This document shows positions 50,916 to 64,000 of a stretch of DNA of 64,000 bases, one piece after another. Each line of letters starts with the position of its first letter. Position 1 is the first letter of the stretch. The stretch lies in the NCBI RefSeq assembly GCF_009914755.1, contig NC_060947.1; one strand, 5' to 3'. A model generated the notes under the pieces. That model saw only the letters and a program-made list of their open reading frames with translations. It searched no databases and was not told where the DNA came from. The position numbers and the translations under genes are program-made. Source of the DNA: the human T2T-CHM13v2.0 reference genome, Homo sapiens.

Positions 50916-51822
50916 AAGGAGGAGGAGGAGGAGGAGCAAGATGGTTAAATAGAAGCCTCCATTGATTGTCCTCCCCACAGAAACACCAAATTGAACAACT
51001 ATCCACAAAATAAAAGCCCCTACATAAGAATCAATCATCAGGTGAGTGATCACAGTACCTGGTTTTAACTTCATATCACTGAAAGAGGCCCAGAAGAGGG
51101 TAAGAAAGGCAGTCATCAATTGTAGACACTATGTCTCTCCCATCCCCTGGCAGTGACAGTATGGTGTGGAGAGAGAATCTGTGCACTTGGGAAAGGGAGA
51201 GTGCAGTGATTGTGGGACTTACATTAGAACTCAGTGCTGTCCTGTCACAGTGGAAAGCAACAGTGGGCACAACTCAGCTGGCACCCATGGAGGGAGCATT
51301 TAGACCAGCCCTAGCCAGAAGGGAATCACCCATCCCAGTGGTTGGAACCAGAATTCTGGCAAGCCCCACCATGATGGGATAAACTGCTCTAGCGTCCTAA
51401 ATAAACTTGAATGACAGTCTAGGCCACAACACCAGGCAGTGCAGCTTGCAGCTCCAGGAGAGACTCCCTCCCTCAGCTTAAAGAGAGGAGAGGAAAGAGT
51501 AAAGAGGGCTTTGTTTTACAACTTAGATACGAGCTCAGCCACAGTAGTAAAGGGCACTGGGCAGAGTCCTGAGGCCTCCATTCCAGGCCCTGGCTACCAG
51601 ATGACATTTCTAGACACACCCTGGGCCAGAAGGGAACTGCTGCCTTGAAGGGAAGGACCCAGTCCTGGCAAGATTAATCACCTGCTAACTGAAGAGCCCT
51701 TGGGCTCTGAATAATCAGTAGTGATATCCAGGTAATACATGCCATGGACTTTGGGTGAGACTCGGAAATATGCTGGCTTCAGGCATAACCCAGCACATTC
51801 CAGGCTGTGGTGGTTATAGGGA
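50916..51822 (+). mobile_element. L1 5'UTR (L1PB/L1MA-type)
   Basis: gagcaagatgg..aatagaagcctcc start typical of L1 5' ends; no ORF1 follows. Confidence 0.7.
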
Positions 51823-51823
51823 G

Positions 51824-52289
51824 TGTATTAGTCCATTCCCACATTGCTATAAATAACTGAGTCTGGGTAGTTTATAAAGAAGAGAGGTTTAATTAATTGG
51901 CTCATGGTTCTGCAGGCTGTACAGGAAGCATGATGCTGGCTATCTGCTCGGCTTCTGGGGAGGCCTCAGGAAACTTAAAAACATGGCAGAAGGCAAAGGG
52001 GGAGCCAGCACTTCTCACATGGCAAAAGCAGGAGGAAGAGGGGAGGGGAGAGGTGCTACACACTTTTAAACAACCAGATCTCATGAGAACTCTATCACAA
52101 GAATGGCACTAGGGGGGATGGTGCTACACCATTAGAAACCACCCCAATGTTCCAGTCACCTACCACCAGGCCTCACCTCCAACATTGGGGATTACATTTC
52201 AACATGAGATTTGGCCGGGAACACAGATCCAAACCATGTCATTCTGCCCCTGGCCCCTCCAAATTGTCATGTCCTTCTCACATTTCAAC

Positions 52290-52290
<1 letters not shown>
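51824..52290 (-). mobile_element. MST-type MaLR LTR plus a short adjoining internal segment
   Basis: tgtattagtcc..cattgctataaa...ggctcatggttctgcaggctgtacaggaagcatg...acacagatccaaaccatgtca then ttctgcccctggcccctccaaa. Confidence 0.88.
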
Positions 52291-54940
<2,650 letters not shown>

Positions 54941-54942
54941 CA

Positions 54943-55604
54943 CTCTTCCTACGCCAGCGCTCAGCAAGGAGAAGACCATGTTCAGTTCAAGGGCCAAGAT
55001 CGTGAAGCCCAATGGCGAGAAGCCGGATGAGTTTGAATCCGGAATCTCCCAGGCTCTTCTGGAGCTGGAGATGAACTTGGACCTCAAGGCTCAGCTCTGG
55101 GAGCTGAATATTACGGCAGCCAAGGAAATTGAAGTTGGTGGTGGTCGGAAAGCTATCATAATCTTTGTTCCCGTTCCTCAACTGAAATCTTTCCAGAAAA
55201 CCCAAGTCCAGCTAGTACGCGAATTGAAGAAAAAGTTCAGTGAAGCATATTTTCTTTATCGCTCAGAGGAGAATTCTGCCTAAGCCAACTCAAAAAAGCT
55301 GTACAAACAATAAGCAAAAGCTTCCCAGGAGCTGTACTCTCACAGCTGTGCATGATGCCATCCTTGAGGACTTGGTCTTCCCAAGCGAAATTGTGGGCAA
55401 GAGAATCCACGTGAAACTGGATGGCAGCCACCTCATAAAGATTCATTTGGACGAAGCACAGCAGAACAATGTGGAACACAAGGTTGAACCCTTTTCTGGT
55501 GTCTATAAGAAGCTCATGGGCAAGGATGTTAATTTTGAATTCCCAGAGTTTCAATTGTAAACAAAAAATGACTAAATAAAATATATATTCACAGTAAAAA
55601 AAAA
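54943..55604 (+). pseudogene. RPS7: Processed pseudogene of 40S ribosomal protein S7 (frameshifted)
   Basis: [33 protein letters not shown].. (ATG 54978) and ..[13 protein letters not shown] (stop 55560) in two frames, shift near 55240; intronless; ctcttcc 5' start, AATAAA 55575-55580, A-tail, TSD-like atacat. Confidence 0.97.
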
Positions 55605-55735
55605 TACATAAGTATTGGGGGAGGGATGTGTGCTGATATCTTCAACTTACTTTGAAATGTATAAAAATAAGTGGCTCGATCAATGGAAAGGTGGATAGAT
55701 GGACAGATATGTGATAAAGCAAATATTGGAAATAG

Positions 55736-56051
<316 letters not shown>

Positions 56052-57161
56052 AGGAAATTGTTAATGGTAGAATCCAGTGGTGAGTATATGAGTGATCACT
56101 GTAAAATTCTTTTAATTTGTTGCAGGGGCAGAGGGAGCAGTTAAGAAAAAGAAGACCAAGAGCACTTGGGGACAGTGACGTGGGAGAGAACTCTGTGAGA
56201 CTTGGGCTTAAATCTCATTGTAGGAGGTAGTCTAGGAACCAATTGGAGAGTTTAACAGTGTCAGGATAATTAGGGGCCCAAGGTGGCACAAGAGTTTGGA
56301 CTTTACCCTTTCAACAGTGAAGAATCATCTTAGATTTTTAAGCTGTGTATGACATAATAGGAGGTAGTATGGCATGGAGAAATGTAGGCAGTTAGGAGGT
56401 AAGGAGACAAAGGTTCTGGTCCCATTCACAGTATGTCCTTGGGTGAGTCAATTAATATCTCTAGGTTTCAACAAAATGCACTCTTCTTCCTTTGTCCCCT
56501 CCTGCATCCAAAAAGAGGCCCTGGAAAAACTCAGTTTAATTAGGCACAGAAGGAACTTTGTAGCACAGAAGGAACTTTGTAAATATATACTGAAGGAGAA
56601 AAATAAACTGCCTCCTCCTTGTCCTTCCACTCCACCCAACTCTCTTGCCCCTGCCCCTTGCCCCCTTGCCCCGATCCATTTGAATGATTTTTTCTTGCCC
56701 TTTAACTGGCTTTCCTCATCTGCAAGATCAGCAAGTTGGACTTGAAACATGGCCCTTGGGACAGAGCATACTAGTTACTCTACTCCAGCTCAGCTACTGA
56801 TACCTGATTCTAGATTTAAGGCCCAGCAATGTTTCATTCTTCGAGCTCTTGCTGTCTAGAAACTTACTGTGCAAGGGTCTTCGGGTTCCTCAGGCCCTAG
56901 GTCTGTGGCTGTCTTAGAGCCAGAGAAGTCGCTCTTAAAGAGGGGGGCCAGGGTCTGAGAATGCAGGTACACAAAGTACATACACTACTAGCCTTTCCTC
57001 AGCTATCCTGAGCCCCACCGTGCCCCACCCCTAGGTCTCCCCTCATCTTTCCCTCCTATGGCCTCTTTAGCAGTTAGTGTCTACTGATGACCTGGTACCA
57101 GGGGAGTTATCTTTCTGGATGTATATAATGACTGATCTTTTTATTTAGACTGTGACTTCTT

Positions 57162-57430
57162 TTTTTTTTTTTTCAATGTTAATCCCTTTATATGAAATGA
57201 AAACAGTGCCTCACCTGATGGGTTAGAACACAGCAGATACATAGTAAGTGCCCAGGAAGTGTTAGCAATTATTATTATCATTTATCTCAGAAAATCTCTA
57301 TGACAATTGTGTGAAGTACAATTATGATTACATATGAGATAATTGCACCACAGACATGTTATATAACTTGCAAAAAGCCACAAACCCAATAAGTGGTAAA
57401 GCCCAAAGCACAGAGGTTTTCTTTCTGTTC
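57162..57430 (-). other. 3' transduced segment carried by the SVA, with its own poly(A)
   Basis: Lies between the SVA poly-T (57431-57446) and a second poly-T (to 57173), inside the TSD. Confidence 0.88.
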
Positions 57431-58838
57431 TTTTTTTTTTTTTTTTGATAATTCTTGGGTGTTTCTTGGAGAGGGGGATTTGGCAGGGTCATAGGACAAT
57501 AGTGGAGGGAAGGTCAGCAGATAAACAAGTGAACAAAGGTCTCTGGTTTTCCTAGGCAGAGGACCCTGCGGCCTTCCGCAGTGTTTGTGTCCCTGGGTAC
57601 TTGAGATTAGGGAGTGGTGATGATTCTTAACAAGCATGCTGCCTTCAAGCATCTGTTTAACAAAGCACATCTTGCACTGCCCTTAATCCATTTAACCCTG
57701 AGTGGACACAGCACATGTTTCAGAGAGCACAGGGTTGGGGGTAAGGTCATAGTTCAACAGCATCCCAAGGCAGAAGAATTTTTCTTAGTACAGAACAAAA
57801 TGAAGTCTCCCATGTCTACCTCCTTCTACACAGACACAGCAACAATCTGATTTCTCAATCTTTTCCCCACCTTTCACCCTTTTCTATTCCACAAAACCGC
57901 CATCGTCATCATGGCCCGTTCTCAATGAGCTGTTGGGTACACCTCCCAGACGGGGTGGTGGCCGGGCAGAGGGGCTCCTCACTTCCCAGAAGGGGCGGCC
58001 GGGCAGAGGCGCCCCCCACCTCCCAGACGGGGCGGCTGGCCGGGCGGGTGCTGACCCCCTACCTCCCTCCCGGACAGGGCGGCTGGCCGGGCAGGGGCTG
58101 ACCCCCCACCTCCCTCCCGGACGGGGCAGCTGGCCGGGCGGGGGCTGACCCCCCACCTCCCTCCCGGACGGGGCGGCTGCCGGGCGGAGACGCTCCTCAC
58201 TTCCCAGATGGGGCGGCTGCCGGGTGGAGGGGCTCCTCACTTCTCAGACGGGGCGGCTGCCGGGTGGAGGGGCTCCTCACTTCTCAGACGGGGCGGCTGC
58301 CGGGCGGAGGGGCTCCTCACTTCCCAGACTGGGCGGCCGGGCAGAGGGGCTCCTCACATCCCAGACGATGGGCGGCCAGGCAGAGACGCTCCTCACTTCC
58401 CAGACGGGGTGGCGGCCGGGCAGAGGCTGCAATCTCGGCACTTTGGGGGGCCAAGGCAGGCGGCTGGGAGGTGGAGGTTGTAGCTAGCCGAGATCACGCC
58501 ACTGCACTCCAGCCTGGGCAACATTGAGCACTGAGTGAACGAGACTCCGTCTGCAATCCCGGCACCTTGGGAGGCCGAGGCTGGCAGATCACTTGCGGTT
58601 AGGAGCTGGAGACCAGCCCGGCCAACACAGCGAAACCCCGTCTCCACCAAAAAAATATGAAAACCAGTCAGGCGTGGCGGCGCGCGCCTGCAATCGCAGA
58701 CACTCGGCAGGCTGAGTTAGGAGAATCAGGCAGGGAGGTTGCAGTAAGCCGAGATGGCAGCAGTACAGTCCAGCTTCGGCTCGGCATCAGAGGGAGACCG
58801 TGGAAAGAGGGTAGAGGTAGAGGTAGAGGTAGAGGTAG
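57431..58838 (-). mobile_element. SVA retrotransposon (hexamer, Alu-like, VNTR, SINE-R)
   Basis: SINE-R ~57447-57935, GC-rich VNTR ~57940-58420, Alu-like ~58420-58800, hexamer 58807-58838; 14-bp TSD gactgtgacttctt at 57148-57161 and 58839-58852. Confidence 0.97.
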
Positions 58839-59239
58839 GACTGTGACTTCTTAGAAGGCCAAATGAGTGGGAGATAGGCAAAAGGGTACTGTAAGGCCAG
58901 GACATTTTCTAAATTGAATTAAAAAAAAATCCTGCCAAATGCAATACCCCAAAACTTTTGCTAAAAGAAACCTCTCCAAATGGTGAGGAACTCCAGATTT
59001 TATCATATCTCTGGCACTTCACTTTCCCCATGAAGTTTCTCACTGGCTATTCTCCTTTAACAGCCTGGTCCAGGCATGGGCACAGAACCTCGTGCTCCTT
59101 AGAACAGACAAGACTAAGCTGAAACGCTCAATAAGACATTAGTAAAGAGAAGGCGATAACAGAAGGAAAATGAACACCAATAGCATTACAGAGCTAGATA
59201 ATCTGGCTTCAAAGATAAGGCCTGCTCTCTGGGGCTAGC

Positions 59240-62200
59240 AAGTCCTGGTGTATAATAGTTGCCCAATACATATTTGTTAAATAAATAAATAACTATCCAC
59301 AGTGGAAATCACACACTTCCTGCCCTCAAGGAGCTTAAGTTCTAGTGAGGAGACATGTCAAATGGGTCATTTTAATATAATTTTATAAGTGCTGTAATAG
59401 AGACGTATAACGGTTAAAATCACAGACTCTGAAGCCAGACTGCTATAGTGTGAATCATAGGTCCTTGGGCAAATTATTTAACTTTTTTCCATGTCAATTT
59501 CCTCATTTATTAAATGACGTCCCTAGCTCATATGTATGTTTATATGTTATATCACCTTCCACAATGATTTGAGGTAATTACAAGGAAAAGTGTAGATAAT
59601 TTAGATGTAACATTAAGTAAATCCTTTTCCCTCTTTAGGCTTCAGTTTTCCCATCTGTAAAATGAGGAGTTTGGACTTTGTAGAAGGTCCCTTCCAGCTC
59701 TGATGCGCTATTTTAGATTTTGGAATTGGACTAATGCCAAAGAACATATCAGGTTTTCTTTTCTCTTTTCAATAAAAGCAATCTTCAAACTATCTTATTG
59801 CTAACATTTATTGAGCACATGATGGGTGCTGTACTAGGTGCTTTCCATACTTTACTTCTAATCCTCACAACAAACCTAAAAGATAGGCCTCATCTCTATT
59901 GTTTCTGAATGAAGAAACCAGGGCTTTATTACATCAAGTAGCGACATCTATTTATTTATCTACGTACTGAGCACCTTCTTTGTGTAAGGCATCGTGTTAA
60001 ATGCTAAGGATACGAAAACAAATAATGCTGATTCTATGCCCAAGGTCAGTCTATCAGAAGAGAATGAGATGTAATAAGGGCAAAGCCCATCTTTATACTG
60101 CATCGTAACCATGTACCCAAGACACCTCTGTTCCAGTCCTGCAAGGGTTCCACTTTTCAGAATGGGGAAATTCTTAGCACAATATTTAGCACATAATTGG
60201 CTTTCAATAAATATCTCTTAAATGAGTTTTTTAAATGAATTAATAAAAGGCTAAAATAAAACTCATTAAATTTCTCCCTTGGATAGGGTCAAGAAACCAA
60301 TACATTACATACTTTCAGTTCAAGCTTTGCTCTTCTATACTACCCTCAGAGGGTTAAGTATTTTCTATCTCTTTCTTTTCCATAATGCTTCTGCTGCTTC
60401 CGTCATCTTTCCCCCTCTATGCCTGCTCTAATAATAGACAAACTATTAAGCAGACTGCTTCCTTGGCATTCAGGAAGCAGGCTCCATGCACATAGCCAAT
60501 TGATTTGTTTTTAATGCACCTATTATTATGAATAGCCTTCTGGCTCAAGCTGAAATCAGGCTATGTCCAATATCCTTTACCCTCCATGCTTCCACTTTCG
60601 CCATCTAAAGGTGTTGACATTCAAATCCATTTCCCAGTAATGTGGGTTCCTATCAGGACTCTTCCTGATTACAGGTAACAAAACCAAAGCCTTCTCTGTC
60701 TTTGGACTTCTTTTCCACTATCAGAGCACCCTGGCTCCTTCTCACAATCCATCCCAGTTGGCTCTTGAATCCAAGGTGATGCTGTGTCATCAGAGCTCTG
60801 AAGTTACCCTTATAAAGATGAATAAAGAAAAGGAGTAAAGGATAGAAAGATTATGTACTCACCTTCTTGAGAATGCCCTCAATATATCATCCATTCTCAA
60901 GTAGTTAGAATGATTTAGGCACAGGGCAGGGAGATGATGTGAATGACCTAGTGAATTCCATTCCAGCTGGAAAATCCTATTGGAGAATAGGAGAGGCCCA
61001 AAGCAAAGATGTGCCTTTTGCCTAAAATAGACAATTTCAGGGGTAGAAAGGACTTTCAGAGGTCATCTGGTCCATGGAATCCCAAGCACTAAGCTGCATA
61101 CCCATGACAGTCTATGGCATTTTCATCAGTGTGCTGACACACATGAGAAAAATTGTTATCAACTGACATATCTTAAGAAAGCCTTTTCTGAGTAAAAGAC
61201 TGTTCTTTCCACACTTTCTAGATTTTGATGTTAAAATATCATTTCAATAATAACATGACAGTGAAGAAACATGTCCTTACATGACAAAAAGTTGGCATTA
61301 CGTTGATCCCCAAAGTTTCTGGAGAAACTTTAGAGAAATTTTACTGGTCTTTCAGATTGAAATTTTGGGGAAGCATTGTTTTGGTTTTCTGGTTTCCAAA
61401 CCTGGCAGTGCATTAATATTACTAGGGGCCTTGTCCAATCTATGTATTCCTGGGTCTCACCCCAAGATATTCCAATTCAGCAAGGGTAGAGCGGGACCTT
61501 GGAGTTGGTGCTTTTAGAAAAGTCTCTAGGGGATTTTTGTGTGCAACCAGGTTAGGGAACCACTGCTCTGCTTCACCCCCTAAAGTGAATAATCAAGGGC
61601 ATAAGTAATTGGAATGATTCCATTGTGGGCTCATTTCTGTTAGAGACAGAAGAAAAGCACATTCTGTAACCTGCAATATGAATGAGAGACATCTGCTAGG
61701 GTTTTTCCAAGGTCCACAGTCAGACAAGTAAAATAATGTAAAGGGCTACAGGAGCCACACCTTACTTACTTGTTGTGAGCATAACCCAAGCTGATTAATC
61801 TACACATGGTAGTAGTATTCTCTAAAGATCTGTTGTTGCTGATGATGTTTATTGATCAAGCATGATTTAGAGATTTATAGAGGAAACTTCATGCATCTTA
61901 GGACACTAGCCCTATTTCTACAACTTTACTCTCAACCTTGTCTCATCTTTTATATACTTCTATCTCAAAATGTCTTCACCCAATTTAGTAGAGTTACATT
62001 CAATAAATGGTAGTTATAATTATTAACAGTTTCTACTACAATGTAAGCTCCATGAGGACAAGAACCATTGTATGTCCCCAGTGCCTAATATAGTGAATGG
62101 TACACATAGTTGCTTGATAACTATTTGGGAAATGAATGGCTGAGTGGTATGAGAAAGGCAAGTGACATGCTTCCTCAGTTCAAGACTAACTTTGCTATCT

Positions 62201-62700
62201 GTTTTGTTTAACCTACTCTGGAGAGTCAAGAACGGTATGGGATCTCAACTGGAAGATAGTTAAGAGAATGGTTGGTGAAGGCCGAGAGACCAGCAGACGC
62301 TCATAAGTCATGGAATGGTGGCTAACCAGTGTGTTTGCAGCATGGTATGAAAGGGAGAAAAGGGTGGGAAGAAAATGACAGGGAGTAATGCTAGAGTGGT
62401 TGAATATGAGCCCCTCAGAAACAGGCACCAGGTCTTTTATGTTTGCGTTTGGTATACAGTACAGAGCCTGACACATAGAGGTTCTCAGTAAATGATGAAT
62501 GAATGAATGAATGAACAAATGAGGCTGGTCCCAAACCACAGAGGACCTTTCATGCCTGGCTGAGGAATTTAAACTTGAAAGTCAAATGGACAATCATTGA
62601 AGATTTGTAAAGTAGAGGAGTGTCATGAATAAAATCGTACTTTAGAGCTATAATTGACAGGATTGTTTGGGGGCCAGGGGAAAAGAGACAGGAAGCCACA
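59240..62700. mobile_element. Scattered MIR, L2 and MER5-like fragments among non-repeat sequence
   Basis: MIR core-like cttcagttttcccatctgtaaaatgagg (~59640); L2 3'-end-like aatgaatgaatga and aagctccatgagg; MER5-like end ttagggaaccactgctct (~61560). Confidence 0.6.
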
Positions 62701-62904
62701 GGCACTTCAAACCTGATTCAGCTCCTAATTCCCAATCTCCATTAACACTATACCATCCTTTCCTTTACTCAAGCAAGAAATGTCAGTTTCTTCCCTTTCT
62801 CTCATTACACAAATCTGTTCTATCAACTCTACCATAACAATGATTGACAGAGATATCCCTTTGTCTCCATTTCCATAGTCAGTGCCCTATTTCAGATGAT
62901 CACC

Positions 62905-63175
62905 TTTTTTTCTTCTTTTTTTAAGACAGAGTCTCACTCTGTCATTCAGGCTGGAGTGCAGTGGTTCGATCTCGGCTCACTGCAACCTCTCTCGCCTGGG
63001 TTTAAGCCATTCTCCTGCCTCAGCCTCCACCATGCCCAGCTAATTTTTGTAATTTTGGTAGAGATGGGGTTTCACCATGTTGGCCAGGCTGGTCTCGAAC
63101 TCCTGACCTCAAGTGATCTGCCCGCCTCAGTCTCCCAAAGTGCTGGGATTACAGGCATGAGCCACTGTGCCCGTT
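62905..63175 (-). mobile_element. Alu (AluS-like) with a short internal deletion
   Basis: Reverse Alu; cagcctcc|accatgccc deletion; TSD cagat.atca.c.ttttttt. Confidence 0.92.
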
Positions 63176-63255
63176 CCAGATCATCAACATTTTTTTTTGA
63201 CTTAGTCTATTGGTTCGTTTCCTTACATCTTATCTTTCCATGCCATCATCTAAAC

Positions 63256-63596
63256 CGGCAGTCGCCAACTTTTTGGCATCAGGGACTGGTTTTGTGGGAG
63301 ACAATTTTTCCACGGGACAGGGGTTGAGGGGGATGGTTTCAGGATGAAACCGTTCCACCTCAGATCATCAAGCAGTTAGATTCTCATAAGGAATGCGCAA
63401 CCTAGATCCCTTGCATGCGCAATTCACAATAGGGTTCGCACTCCTATGAGAATCTAATGCTGCGGCAGATCTGACAGGAGGCAGAGCTCAGGTGGTAATG
63501 CTCACTCACCTGCCGCTCACCTCCTGCTGTGTGACCTGGTTCCTCACAGGCCATGGTCTTGGTATCAGTCTGTGGCCAGCGGTTTGGGGACCCCTG
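63256..63596. mobile_element. MER1-type (hAT-Charlie) non-autonomous DNA transposon
   Basis: Degenerate TIRs cggcagtcgccaa / ttggggacccctg; exact 8-bp TSD atctaaac (63248-63255, 63597-63604). Confidence 0.9.
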
Positions 63597-64000
63597 ATCT
63601 AAACTGTCACCACAATATTCTTTCTAAGATGCAGTTCTGATGTTACTCTCCTACTCAAAACAGTGGTGATCTTGTATTATATATCAAAAATAAAGCGTTT
63701 ACCTCTTAGCATGGCATTTAGTAACTCTGCAAAGTAGTTTGCAGATAAACTGAGGCTCAGAAAGGGAAAAGAAATTGCTTAGGATCATACAGGCATGCAG
63801 CGGTAGAACCAAGGTTAAAACCCTGGTCTCCTGATGCCAGTGATTTAGCCGTTATAAAGTATCTTCTAAAGAGGGGAGAAATGGTAGTACTGCATATGTT
63901 ACTAGAATGGTGAAATGGCAGTTACATAATTCTGTCTTCTGGGTGGGGCACATACTTTGAAACCCACACAAATGAGCAAAGATCCCTGTTCTACCTCTTA

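Noticed and set aside
54978-55560. Functional RPS7 gene or programmed frameshift
   Set aside because: Intronless, A-tailed, many substitutions and a simple small deletion near 55240; a processed pseudogene
57884-58527. CRISPR-like array or CpG-island gene with GC-rich ORFs
   Set aside because: SVA VNTR: tandem units without unique spacers, eukaryotic context, no cas genes

Overview
Primate (human-like) genomic DNA made almost entirely of interspersed repeats, with no intact protein-coding gene that I can support. The backbone is a series of old L1 elements (L1M/L1MA/L1PB/L1PA types), about 30 Alu copies, an ERV-L gag-pol remnant, several solo LTRs, a MER1 hAT element and one SVA. Inserted in the L1s, most with readable target-site duplications (TSDs), are processed pseudogenes of RPS6, THAP12 (PRKRIR) and RPS7, a 7SL pseudogene, a 38-nt tailless 5S rRNA fragment, two orphan mRNA-3'UTR-like retrocopies and a 20-nt poly(A)-tailed micro-insertion. 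The most notable structures are an SVA that lacks its AATAAA and carries a ~260-bp 3' transduction, a 184-nt pure-purine (GAA/GAG) Alu tail, a near-consensus CTCF site and a possible decayed class I env next to the ERV-L. From memory, the RPS6P/RN7SL-P/THAP12P/RPS7P order fits Xq13.2 between ZCCHC13 and SLC16A2; this needs alignment to confirm. I found no new multi-gene biological system. Repeat subfamily names come from recalled consensus features, and boundaries without TSDs are approximate.
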